Source: Anaeramoeba ignava BMAN
Taxonomy: Eukaryota > Protista > Anaeramoebae
Direction: 5' to 3'
NCBI GenBank assembly: GCA_028826165.1
Contig: JAPDFW010000087.1
Location: 1-64,000 of the forward strand
Length of the DNA: 64,000 nucleotides
Shown here: positions 1 to 12,705 of the stretch, piece after piece
How positions within the stretch are numbered: position 1 is the first letter of the stretch
How the letters are laid out: each line of letters starts with the position of its first letter
Program-made: the position numbers and the translations under genes
The notes under the pieces: model-generated
What the model was told of the DNA's origin: nothing
The model's database searches: none
What the model saw: only the letters and a program-made list of their open reading frames with translations

Positions 1-1347
1 AATGTAACAATGAAATGTGGTGAATCTTCTTCTTTCATTAATTTAACAACAAAAATTGATTCTGTAAAAGATTTCCAATTATCAAATCCTTCAAATTATT
101 CAATTAATGTTACATGGAATTATCCAAATGTTCAAATCAATGAAGAAATTGCTCATCTTGATCATTATAATCTTTCTTATCTTAATCAATCTCAACCTGA
201 TTTAATATCTTTCATTTCAGTTGATAATTCCTCACTTGATTATCTTTTGAATAATTTAGAATCTGAAAATGATTATAATATTTCAATTTGTGGATGTAGA
301 ACACAAGAATGTGAAGAAGATGATAAAGGAGAAATTGTTGAATCATCAATTTCATTACTATTTGGAGAAGTTACAAATTTAACATGTTCAATTCAATATT
401 CAATAGATATTAATTGTAATTGGAATCAACCAATTAATTGTTCAATTCCATTTTATTATAATTTAACTTATCAATCAATTTCTCAAAATGATTCAGGAAA
501 TTATCAACCAACTTCATCAAATCAACAATTCGCAACTCAATTCCAAAATCAAGAATATCAAATCAATATATCAGCATGTAATTCAAATGAAAAATGTGGA
601 TATATTTCAACAATTTCAATCACAACAGATAATTTAACAATAGCTCCAACAATTTATGAAACAATTTCTAAAATTGAAGAAATTGAATTAAATTTCACAA
701 AATTAACAGGAGCTTATAATTACTCAATTTCACTTGATAATGGAACAAATTGGCAAAATCTCACATCTCTTAATTTAAGTGGAAATGAAGCTATTGGAAC
801 CATAAGTGGAATATCAGGAAATATTGAATATAATATTTCAATTAGAGGATGTTCAGATTTAAATTGTGAAACACCATATTTAGGATTACCTAGTTCAATC
901 ATTTCAGCAAGAGCTAAATTAGGAAATATTACTTCATTAAATTGTATATCATTAATTAATGGATTTATTTGTACTTGGAATTCATTAATTTTATCAAGTG
1001 GATTAAAATCATATTCATTTAAATTTAATTCAATTTCAATTTGTTTAACAAATTTATTCAATTATTATTTAATTCCTTCAGGATTACAAGGAGGAGAATA
1101 TTATGAAATTTCAGTTTATTCATCAGCTGATTCAAATTGTTTAGATAATGAATATTCAGGAATTAATTCAACAACATCAATTACAATATTATCTCCTTAT
1201 GAACCAACTCAATCAACTGATTCAAACAATTCCAACACAACAACAATAACTGTTGGAATTCTTATTCCAATTATTATTATTTTAATAGTTATTATTGGAA
1301 TTCTTTTATATCAGAAAAAAACAAGAAAAAACAATCCAAAAATTTAA
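1..1347 (+). CDS. Cys-containing fibronectin type III repeat type-I membrane protein, 5' end outside window
   Basis: Frame is open from base 1. Repeated FN3 patterns (INVTWNYP...YNLSY...L.SENDYNISICG; CNWNQP...YQINISAC; CTWNS...LQGGEYYEISVYS), S/T-rich stalk, TM helix ITVGILIPIIIILIVIIGILLY followed by basic QKKTRK. An in-frame extension IKNKEEKELQVDLDL* follows the TAA (to 1395). Confidence 0.8.
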   Translation, partial: NVTMKCGESSSFINLTTKIDSVKDFQLSNPSNYSINVTWNYPNVQINEEIAHLDHYNLSYLNQSQPDLISFISVDNSSLDYLLNNLESENDYNISICGCRTQECEEDDKGEIVESSISLLFGEVTNLTCSIQYSIDINCNWNQPINCSIPFYYNLTYQSISQNDSGNYQPTSSNQQFATQFQNQEYQINISACNSNEKCGYISTISITTDNLTIAPTIYETISKIEEIELNFTKLTGAYNYSISLDNGTNWQNLTSLNLSGNEAIGTISGISGNIEYNISIRGCSDLNCETPYLGLPSSIISARAKLGNITSLNCISLINGFICTWNSLILSSGLKSYSFKFNSISICLTNLFNYYLIPSGLQGGEYYEISVYSSADSNCLDNEYSGINSTTSITILSPYEPTQSTDSNNSNTTTITVGILIPIIIILIVIIGILLYQKKTRKNNPKI

Positions 1348-1473
1348 ATCAAAAACAAAGAAGAAAAAGAACTTCAAGTTGATTTAGATCTTTAATTTCA
1401 ATTCCAATTTCCAAAATTTTTTTCTTTTTTCTTTTCAAAAAATTCAAAACAAAAAAAGACAAAACAAAAACAA

Positions 1474-1626
1474 ATTAATTTTAATTTTAATTTTAATTTT
1501 AATTTTAATTTTAATTTTAATTTTAATTTTAATTTTAATTTTTATTTTGATTTTAATTTTAATTTTAATTTTGATTTTAATTTGATTTTAATTTTAATTT
1601 TAATTTTAATTTTAATTTTGATTTTA
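1474..1626. repeat. (AATTTT)n hexamer microsatellite at the 3' end of the minus-strand RCC1-BTB copy
   Basis: Directly visible tandem ttttaa units abutting the stop codon. Confidence 0.9.
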
Positions 1627-3386
1627 ATTATTAAATTTGTTAATTAATAAATCAAATAAATTTGGATTTGTTTGATTTAATTGAAAATAATCAATTCCAA
1701 TTTGAAGTTCATTAATTATTTCTTGTGTAATTTTAATTTCATCTTTAATTTGATTTGAATAAATCCAATATTCAAATATTTGGAATGATTTATTACTTAA
1801 TTCACTATAATCTGTAACTTTATTAGAAGTATCATTTGTAACAGATAAAAACATTCCTCGATTTAATTCACTTCTCATTATTAATATTAATTTTGGGAAT
1901 TTATATTGTTTTTCTTTTCTTTCAATTATAAAATATTTTTCATTTTCTTTTTCATTTTCATTTAAATAAATTCTTTTCATTGTTTCTTCAATTTTTTCAT
2001 TTGAATTTATAATTTCTTTAATTTCTGAATATAATTTTGGATTTATTATTCTATTGTTTGAATAAATCATTTCAAATATTTGATTTGATTCTTTAATTGA
2101 TTTTTTTGAAATAATTTCTTGAAGTTTTTCAATTTCATTTTGATTTTGATTTAATCTATATTTCAATATTAATTTATGAGCTTCAATTATTTCTCTATTT
2201 TCTGTTTTAAATGAAATATCACAAAATTCTTTTCTTTCAAATAATTTTATCAAATCTTCTTCAAGATTGGAAAAAGAAGATGAAAAATAAAGAAATGATT
2301 TTTCATATACACAAGAAACATGATAATTAGAAATATTTTCATTAAATCTTAATTTAGGAAGTTCAATTTGAATTGTAATTGGTTGATTTTTTGTATCTCC
2401 AGTTCCTAATTGACCATATTGATTATTTCCAAATCCAATTAATTTTGAATTAGAAGTTAAAATCAAAGTATGATCAGTTCCACAAGAAAAATCAAGAATA
2501 TTATCATTTTCAAATAAAGATGATTTGATTTCAGTAAATTCATAAGTATCTCTATATAATTTGCCAAGTCCATTTAATTGATAATTTCCACATGAATAAA
2601 ATTTTCTTTTTGGATTTTCATTTTCATTTTCAATCAACATTATTGAATAAATACTTCCACATTGAATATCAATTATTTCACCTTTTGGAATATTTTGGAT
2701 TTTGGTTAATTTTTGGATTTTTGTTTCTTCTTTTCTTGATTCTCCTAATCCAAGTTGGCCATATTGATTATATCCGCATACAAATAATTCTTGATTTGAA
2801 TTTAAAAGAAAAACGCAATCTGAAGAAGTTCCTGAAAATATTCTAGAAACATTTTTCATCATTAAAATTGGTTTTTCTGTTTCTTCAAGTGTTTCAGAAT
2901 CAAAACCAAGTTGACAATGTTAATTTAAACCAATTCCATAAACATTTTGATTTGAAGTTAATAAGTAAATTGAATAAGCTCCAGAAACAACATCTTCAAT
3001 TATTCTATCATTTGTATCTTCAATTAATGATGAAATATTGATAAATTCATTTGGATTTTTTGGATTAATATCATATCCTTTTGCAAATACATTTCCTTCT
3101 ATTGTTAAAATAGTTTCATTTCGAAAACCAACAGTTACTTTTTGAATATTTTCTTCAATTTGGATTTTTTGAAGGATTTTGTTTTGAATATCTTTCTTTT
3201 AAATATTCTATTGCTTTTCCATTTTTAAAAAGGAAAATTGTTGAATAATTTCCTGATGAAATTTGTTTAATTTGTTTTTCATTTTCATTTTCATTTTCAT
3301 TTTCAAATTTAAATTGAATTGGTTTTGTTATTTTATCTAATTCATTTTTGAAAAGAATTGGATTTTTGTTTTTGAATTTGGTTCAT
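1624..3386 (-). pseudogene. RCC1-repeat + BTB protein paralog, disrupted (or mis-assembled)
   Basis: Homologous along its length to 21262-23067 and 23381-25177. ATG at 3386, +1 frameshifts near 3362 and 3165, and in-frame TAA at 2922-2920 (YGIGLN*HCQLGFD versus paralog YGIGSNQYCQLGFD). The intact part is ORF 1624-2862. Confidence 0.75.
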
Positions 3387-3517
3387 TTTTGAAAAGAGAA
3401 AAAATGAAAAAAATAATTTTAATTTTGATTTTAATTTTTTATTTTAAAATGAACTTTTCAAATTAAAAAAAAATAATATTAATAATAAAAATAATTGTTC
3501 ATTTTCTTTTTTTGATA

Positions 3518-6500
3518 TTATTTTTCTGTTAAATTATACAAGATTTTTTGGATTTGATAAATTGAAATAAATTTATATGGAATTTTTTGGAATCGAAGAA
3601 AATCATCAATAACTTCGCAAATCAATTGTTTTTTATTAAAGTTAATTAAATTTCCATTTAAATCTTTATTTCCTTCTTCAATCAAAGTTAAATCAGCCAA
3701 ATAAACAGATAAATAAGGAATGCAAGCTGATTGAACTTTTGTTATGTGATCTCGATATCTTCGATATGAAAATCTTGGAGCAGTCAAACTGACTAATTCA
3801 TTAAAATTATCAACTAATCTTTTTTGGATTTGATCCCAACATTTTAATTCTGATACTTTTTGGTTTTTTAATCCCTTTTAGAATTGATGATAAATCTTGA
3901 TAATTACTGAAATTCAATAAGTTAATTGATATTCGAATCAATTTCGATATTAACTTGACATTATTTTCTGTTTCAGATAAAATAGTTTTCACAACCCAAT
4001 TTGTAATTGATTTTGAAAATTCAATCATTGAAAAAACATTCTGAGATTTTAACTGTGAAGAAGTTTCATTCCATGAATTATTCAATAATTCTTTTGGCTA
4101 AAAATACAAATATAAATTTTAAAAAAAAAATGACATGTTAATATCAAAAAAAAATATGATAAAATTTTTTTTTTTACTTCAATTAAAGTATAATGATTTG
4201 ATGTTATTAAACACATTTGTTTTGCAATTTCTTCGTCATCAATATCAAAAATGGATAAATTTCGACTAAAGATATTTTTTGGAATTTTTGGTTCAGGATA
4301 TTTTTCAAAAGAATGATCTTCGTGTTTATGAGAATGTTGGTAATTAGATAGCATTGTTCGAAATTTCATTGCAATTGAAGAATATCTTTCTTGAATTAAA
4401 GATTCATTTATAAACTTCATAAATTCTTGAGTTAAACTTTCATCGAAATCTGAATAACTATTTCTCAACCAAAATTTCAAAACTTGGCAAACACGTGCTT
4501 GAATAATTTTTTTATAAGATAAAAATTGTTCATCATCCATTTGAAAAATTTTTGGAACATGAAATCTTTGATCAACAAAAAAAAATATTATAATTGCAAA
4601 ATTAGAATCATCTTAAATTTATTTATATTTTTTTATTTATTTATTTATTTATTTACCTTTCAACTAATTTTTTAAGTAATTCTTTTGGAGTCATAAATGT
4701 TTGATAAGTCATAAAGAAAACTCGCATAAATTCTCTTTTTGCTTTTTCTACTCCTGTAAGTATTTGTATTAATCTATTTATTGATGCAGCACATAAAATG
4801 GTTTCTTTGGGATTTATTTAAGAAAAAGAAAGGATGAATAAGAAAAAAAGAAACAACAATAATAAAATATAAAGAAATTTACTTTCTTGATCAACATAAA
4901 GGATATTTTCATCTGAGTTTTCAGGTTCTAACCAAATTGAATCAATATTTTCGTTCGTTTTTTCATCCCTAAAAAAATACAATTAAAAAATTTTTTTTGA
5001 AATGACATTTGTTAATGGAAAAAATTTTCCCTTTTCTTTTTTGTTAAAATTACTGAAAAGAAAGTAATTCATTTAAAACAACTTCATTATCTTGATCTAA
5101 TGATAAATCATCTTGTTTTGTTTGCTCAATTTCCCATATTTTTTGTGTAGATTTCAAACTAATTAAAAGCATTGTTTTTAAACGGTCTTCATTTTTAGAT
5201 TTTAATTTAAAAGGAATTTGAGTTTCTTCTTCAAGTTGAGAAATTGTTCTCTGATAACCTTTTTGAAATAAAAATTCCATAACTAATTGCATTATAAATT
5301 TATGAGAAAGAGAATATTTCGATTCTGTATATGCCATTGGATGTGATTTTGAAAATCTATTAATTTTTAAAAGGAATTTTAATTTTAATTTTAATTTTAA
5401 TTTTAATTTTAATTTTAATTTTAATTTTAATTTTAATTTTAATTTTAATTTTAATTTTAATTTTAATTTTAATTTTAATTTTAATTTTAATTTTAATTTT
5501 AATTTTAATTTTAATTTTAATTTTAATTTTAATTTTAATTTTAATTTTAATTATAAATTTCTTATTGAATTAAAATACGATTTTGTCTCTGTAAATGAAC
5601 AAAGTTGTTCTCTCAATGATAAAACATCAGGGTGTTTTCTCATTATGTGTGAAATCCATTCACTTTTTGGAATTTCTATTTTCTTATTTTTTTTCAAATT
5701 TTCTGAAATTACATCTTGAGATTGAGATTTTCTAATTGATTCCATTATTGTTTTTTCATCTTCTGATATTTGAGGAGTTATTATCTGATTCTTTATTGGA
5801 TTTCCAGTTAAATTGTCAGATAAATTTACTGGATTTATTTGTGGTGTTTGTATTTTTGTTGGGCTAATTTCTGGTTTTGTATTTGGATTTAAATTTGATT
5901 TTGTATTTGGATTTAAATTTAAATTTGGATTTAAATTGGATTCATTTTGAAATTTTTCTTTTTTTAATTTTTCTTTTTTCTTTTGTTTCGATTTTGATCT
6001 GAATGTAAATGAAAATCTAAGTTTTGATTTTTTTTCACTTTTTGGTTCTTTTTTTTGGTTCTTTTTTTTTGATTCTTTTTTTTGGATTTTTTTGGATTCT
6101 TTTTTTTGATTTTTTTTTGATTCTTTTTTTTGATTTTTTTTTGATTCTTTTTGATTTTTGATTTTGATTTTGATTTTGATTTTGATTTTGATTTTGATTT
6201 TGCTTTCTGTCTTGTTTTGGATTTAATAATGTTGACATTTGACTGATTGTATGTGGTCGATAAACTTCAGAACGAGTTTTTGGAATTCTATCAAGTTTCA
6301 TATTTTCACTTATTAAATTGTGTTCAGTTAAAAAAGAATAAAAATTCTATTTAACAAAAACAAAAAAAAAATTAATTTTATAATTGATTTTTTTTTTTGG
6401 AAAATGTTTTTAAATTAAATTTTTCTTTTTCTTTTTTTTTTTTGAAAATATTTTGCTTTTTTTTTTTTTATAAATAAAAATAAATATAAAAATATTTTAT

Positions 6501-6927
6501 ATACTTTATCATTTTCTTCTAAATTTGATTTGTTTTGATTTTGAGGAATAAAATTAGTAGTCATATTTCTAGTTAATAAATTAGGTTGAGGTTTTTTATC
6601 AGAATTTGAATTCAAATCAGGATTTTTTTGGATTGAATCATTTATTTCATTTGGTTTTTGAGTTGAATCAATTAAATTATTATTTGATTGATTTGAATCA
6701 TTTGAATCATTTGAATCACTAAATGGATTTTCTTTTAATTGTGATTGTGATCTTTTTTTCCTTTTTAAAACTGCATCCCATCCTCTATTTGAAAGACTTA
6801 ATGAGCGGTTAATTTGATTTCCAGTTCTTTCTTGTTTTTCTTCTTGTTTTTCTTCTTGTTTTTCTTCTTGTTTTTCTTCTGGAATTTGTTTTTCTTCTTT
6901 ATTTTCTTCTTTTGGTTCTTTTGACAT
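3518..6927 (-). CDS. LisH-domain RasGEF (LisH + REM + CDC25), about 7 exons
   Basis: LisH (IMQLVMEFLFQKGYQRTISQLEEET), REM (AASINRLIQILT; FLMTYQTFMTPKELL; RVCQVLKFWLRNSYSDF), CDC25 (DIDDEEIAKQMCLI; CIPYLSVYLADLTLIEEGN...LINFNK). GT-AG introns with donors near 6504, 5578, 5053, 4882, 4656, 4177. Apparent homopolymer frameshifts near 6100 and 3865. Confidence 0.88.
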
Positions 6928-7079
6928 TCTTTATTTTGGAAAAGAAAAGAAAAATTTTTTGATTAAAAAATTAAAAAAGAAAAAGAAAAAAAATGAAAAA
7001 AAAAAATAGAAAAAAAAATTTTTTTTAAGTTTTTCTTTCTTTTATTTTTTTTTCTTTTTTTTCAATTAATTTTTTTCAA

Positions 7080-10000
7080 ATGAGAATTGTTATTCTTGCT
7101 GGTTGTAAAGAATATGAAATTTCTATTTCTTTAGATTCAACTTTTGAAGATTTAAAAGCAGTAATTTTTTCAATAACATCAATTCAACCTGAAGAACAAA
7201 AATTTGAAGAAATTCCAGAAGAAACTCCACTTGAAACAACATTAAAAGATTTAAACTTTTCAGATGGAAAAACATTAACATTAAATGGTAATTTTAAAAC
7301 AAATATTAAATTTATAAATGAATTGAATAATGAATTGAATATTGAATATTGAATTGAATATTAAATTGAATAATGAATTGAATATTAAATATTGAATTGA
7401 ATATTGAATTGAATATTAAATTAAATATTGAATTAAATATTGAATTGAATATTGAATTGAATATTGAATTGAATATTGAATTGAATATTGGAATTGAATA
7501 TTGAATATTGAATATTGAATATTGAATATTGAATATTGAATATTGAATATTGAATATTGAATATTGAATATTGAATTGAATATTGAAATTGAATATTGAA
7601 TATTGAATATATTGAATGAATATTGAATATTGAATATTGAATATTGAATATTGAATATTGAATATTGAATATTGAATTGAATATTGGAATAATGGAATAT
7701 TGAATATTGAATATTGAATTGAATAATGAATATTGATTGAATATTGAATATTGAATATTGAATATTGGAATTGAATATTGAAATTGAATTTGAATGAATA
7801 TTGAATTGAATATTGAATTGAATATTGAATTGGAATGAATGAATTGAAATTGAATATTGAATTGAATATTGAATGAATTGGAATATTAAATGAAATTGAA
7901 TATGAATATTGAATTGGTTAAATGAATGAATTGAATATTGAATTATTGAATTGAAATGAATATTGAAATTGGAATTGAATCTGAATATTGGAATTGAAAT
8001 GTGAAATTGAAAATTGAATTGAATGAATAATGGAATTGAATATTGAATTGAATATTGAATGAATATTGAATTGAATGAATGAATACGAATATTGAATATT
8101 GAATGAATTTGAATTGAATATTGGAATGAATATTGAATATTGAATCTTCGAATATTGAATATTTGAATTGAATATGTGAATCGAATATTGAATATTGAAA
8201 TTGAAATTGGAATTGAATATTGAATGAAATTGGTGAATATTGGAATTGGCTTTCGAATTGAATATTGGAAATTGAATTGAATTTGAAATTGGAATTGAAA
8301 TGAAATAATGGAATTGGAATCGGAATATTGAATTGAATTGAATATTGAATTGAATATTGGAATTGAATATTGGGGTGAATATTGGAATTGAATATTGAAT
8401 TGGAAATGGAATCGAATGAACCGAATCGAATTGAATATTGAAAGTGAATATTGAAATGAATATTGGGTGGAATATTGAATTGGAATATTGAATATTGAAT
8501 GGAATGATTGAATTGAATATTGAATGGAATCGAATTGAATATTGAATATTGAATTGAATGAATTGAATATTGAATATTGAATATGAATTGAAATTGAATA
8601 ATGAAACGAATGTGAATTGAATTGAAATATTGAATTGAATATTGAATATTGGAGAGAATTGAATATTGAATGAAACGAATTGAATATTGGAATATTGAAT
8701 ATTGAAATGAATATTGAATTGGAATATTGAATAATGAATATTGAATATTGAATATTGAAATTTGAAATGGAATAAAATGAATTGAATTGAAATTGAATGA
8801 AATTGAATATTGGAATTGAATATTGGTGAATATTAAATTGAATATTGAATCGATATTGAAATTAAATATTGAAATGAAATGAATTGAATATTGAATTGAA
8901 TAATGAATGAAATATTGGAATAAAAAATCGAATATTGAATATTAAAATAAATTTATAAATAAATGGAATGAATATGAATGAATGAATTGAATTGAATATT
9001 GAATATTTGAATTTGAATTGAAAAATGAATATTGAAAATGAATTGAATTAAAATTGAATCATTGAATTGAATTGAATATTGAAATTGAATATTGAATGTA
9101 ATATTGAATGGAATTGAATATTGAATTGAAATTGAATGAATATTGAATTGAATATTGAATTGAATAATTGAATATTGGTGAATATTGAAATGAATATTAA
9201 AATTGAATATTTGAATTAAATATTAAAATTGAATATTGAATTGAATTTAAAATTTATAAAATGAATTGAATATTGAATTGAATTGAATATTGAATTGAAT
9301 ATTGAATTGAATATTGAATATTGAATATTGAATATTGAATATTGAATATTGAATATTGAATATTGAATATTGAATATTGAATATTGAATATTGAATATTG
9401 AAATTGAATATTGAAATTGAATATTGAAAATTGAATATTGAATTGAATATTGAATATTGAATATTGAATATTGAATATTGAATTGAATATTGAATTGAAT
9501 ATTAAATTGAATATTGAATTGAATATTGAATATTGAATTGAATATTGAATATTGAATTGAATATTGAATTAAATATTGAATTGAATATTGAACTGAATTG
9601 AATATTGAATTAAATCTTTTTTAGATACTTTCTGTTCAACTAAAGTAGATGATTTTACAGAAAAAATGGAACAAATTATTCAACAATTTACACAAACAGA
9701 ACAATTAAAATTATTAACAAGAAAAATACAAATTGGATTAGAAACAAAAACACAAAATCAAAATTTATCCCAATTTCAGAAATCTTTTATTCGAACAATA
9801 ATAGCAAATATAGAAAAATCAAATCAATACGAAGATCGATATTTACAAGAAAAAATCTTATCAAAATTACCAATTGAAAAAATCATGGAAAATGAAAATG
9901 AAAATAAAAAAGAAAATGAAAAAGAAAATGAAAAAGAAAAATCGGATTATTTGATAATAAAAAAAACAATTTCATGGTTTAAAAATGAATTTTTTCATTG

Positions 10001-12632
10001 GGTATCAAATCTTCCTTGTGAATTTTGTAAATCTACAAAGACTACAAGAGAAGGAATGGGTGTTCCTAATCAAGAAGACTTACTTTTTGGTGCTTCTCGT
10101 GTTGAGTTATTTCGATGTCCTGATTGCAATCGTGTTTCTAGATTTCCAAGATATAATGTTGTTTCAAAGTTATTGGAAACTCAAAGAGGAAGATGTGGTG
10201 AATATGCTAATGCTTTTACTGCTGTTTTAAGAGCTTTAGGTTTTGATGTTAGATATATTCATGATTGGACTGATCATTGCTGGTAGAAAATTAATTTAAA
10301 AATTAATCCAAAAATTAATCTAAAAATTAATTTAAAAATTAATCTAAAAATTAATCTAAAAATTAATCTAAAAATAAATTTAAAAATTAATCTAAAAATT
10401 AATTTAAAAATTAATTTAAAAATTTATTTAAAAATTAATCTAAAAATTAATTTAAAAATTAATCTAAAAATTTATCAAAAAATTAATTTAAAAATTAATT
10501 TAAAAATTAATTTAAAAATTAATTTAAAAATTAATTAAAAATTTAAAAATTCTAAAAATTAATCTAAAAATTAATTTAAAAAAAATAAATTAATCTAAAA
10601 ATAATCTAAAAATTAAAAAATTAATCTAAAAAAAGTAATCTAAAAATTAATCTAAAAATTAATTTAAAAATTAATCTAAAAAATTAAAATTAATAAAAAA
10701 AAAATAAATTTAAAAAAAAAAATTTAAAAATTAATCTAAAAATTAATTTCAAAAATTAATTTAAAAATTAATCTAAAAATTAATCTAAAAATTAATCTAA
10801 AAATAAATTTAAAAATTAATCTAAAAATTAATCTAAAAATTAATCTAAAAATTAATTTAAAAATTAATCTAAAAATTAATTTAAAAATTAATCTAAAAAT
10901 TAATCTAAAAATTAATCTAAAAATTAATCTAAAAATTAATTTAAAAATTAATCTAAAAATTAATCTAAAAATTAATTTAAAAAATAAAAATTAATTAAAA
11001 AAATTAATCTAAAAATTAATTTAAAAAAAAATTAATCAAAAAATAAAAAAAAAATTAATTAAAAATTAATTTAAAAATTAATTTAAAATTAATCAAAAAT
11101 AATCTAAAAATTAATCCAAAAATTAATTTAAAAATTAATCTAAAAATTAATTTAAAAATTAATCTAAAAATTAATTTAAAAATTAATTTAAAAATTAATC
11201 CAAAAAAAATCTTTTTTAAAATTAATCTAAAAATTAATTTAAAAATTGAATCTAAAAATTTAAAAATTTAATCCAAAAATTTTAAAAATCCAATTTAAAA
11301 ATTAATCTAAAAATTAATTTAAAAATTAATCTAAAAATTAATCCAAAAATTAATTTAAAAATTAATTTAAAAATTAATCCAAAAATTAATCTAAAAATTA
11401 ATCTAAAAATCTAATCTAAAAATTAAAATTAATTTAAAAAAATTTAAAAATTAATCCAAAAATTAATCTAAAAATTAATTTAAAAATTAATTTAAAAATT
11501 AATCTAAAAATTAATCTAAAAATTAATCTAAAAATTAATTTAAAAATTAATTTAAAAATTAATTCTAAAAATAAATTTAAAAATAAATTTAAAAAAATTT
11601 AAAAATTAATTTAAAAAAAAATAAAAATTAATTTTAAAAATTAATCTAAAAATAAAAAATCTAAAAATTAATCTAAAAATTAAGAATCTAAAAATTAATC
11701 TAAAAATTAAAAAATTAATCTAAAAATTAATCTAAAAATTAAATTAATCTAAAAATTAATTTAAAAATTAATCTAAAAATTAATCTAAAAATTAATCTAA
11801 AAATTAATCTAAAAATTAATCTAAAAATTAATCCAAAAATTAATCTAAAAATTAATCTAAAAATTAATCTAAAAATTAATCTAAAAATTAATCTAAAAAT
11901 TAATCTAAAAATTAATCTAAAAATTAATCTAAAAATTAATCCAAAAATTAATCCAAAAATTAATCTAAAAATTAATCTAAAAATTAATCCTAAAAATTAA
12001 TCTAAAAATTAATCCAAAAATTAATCTAAAAATTAATCTAAAAATTAATCTAAAAATTAATTTATCCAAAAATTAATTTAAAAATTAATCTAAAAATTAA
12101 TTTAAAAATTAATCTAAAAATTAATCTAAAAATTAATTTAAAAATTAATCTAAAAATTAATTTAAAAATTAATCTAAAAATTAATCCAAAAATTAATTTA
12201 AAAATTAATCTAAAAAAAAATTTAAATTTAAGGACTGAAGTCTTTATTCCTTCTTGGAATAGATGGGTTCATTGTGATCCTTGCGAAAATATCATTGATG
12301 CTCCAAGAACTTATGAAAAAGGTTGGGGAAAAAAATTAAAATGGGTTGTTGGATTTTCTTCTTCAGAAGTTGTTGATGTTACAAAAAGATATACAGAAAA
12401 ATGGGAAGAAGTTTTACAAAGAAGATCTCAAGAATTAAATGAAGAATGGGTTCAAAATCAAATTACTAAATTTAATTCTGAAGTACTTGAAACAGTCAAT
12501 CAAGAACAAAAAAAAATTATCTTATTAAGACAAGAAAAAGAAAAATTGGAATTTGTTGATTCAAAAGAATCTCTTCCTTTAAAACATGAAGAAACAAGAG
12601 ATAGAATTTCAGGAAATGAAAAAAAAAATTAA
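7080..12632 (+). CDS. PNG1: Peptide:N-glycanase (PNGase) with N-terminal ubiquitin-like domain; exons 7080-7287, 9625-10282, 12233-12632
   Basis: Spliced product has WFKNEFFHWV, Zn-binding CEFC/CPDC, RFPRYN, catalytic RGRCGEY, DHCWTEV (W codon split TG|G) and RWVHCDPCE, plus YEKGWGKKL and VVDVTKRY. Intron phases match exactly. Confidence 0.95.
7288..9624 (+). repeat. PNGase intron 1 filled with (GAATATT)/(GAATT) satellite
   Basis: GT at 7288, TAG ending 9624. Clean 7- and 12-bp units at both ends, noisy in the middle. Confidence 0.9.
10283..12232 (+). repeat. PNGase intron 2 filled with 12-bp (AAAAATTAATCT) satellite
   Basis: GT at 10283, AAG ending 12232; unit variants end in CT/TT/CC. Confidence 0.9.
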
Positions 12633-12705
12633 GAATTTTTCGTTTATTTTCTTTTGCTTTTTTTTTTAAAAATCAAGAACTTTTTTTGCTTTATTTTTTT
12701 TTCCT

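Noticed and set aside
1345-2922. TAA reassigned to Gln (ciliate/hexamitid-type code)
   Set aside because: Long ORFs (1792, 725, 623 aa) contain no in-frame TAA/TAG despite extreme AT richness, and TAA terminates conserved genes (PNGase, RhoGAP, EEP, RCC1-BTB)
7700-9250. Information-bearing variation (cryptic coding or spacers) in the degenerate middle of the GAATATT array
   Set aside because: The irregular indels and stray G/C bases look like poor consensus in a long repeat; there is no ORF or regular spacer structure
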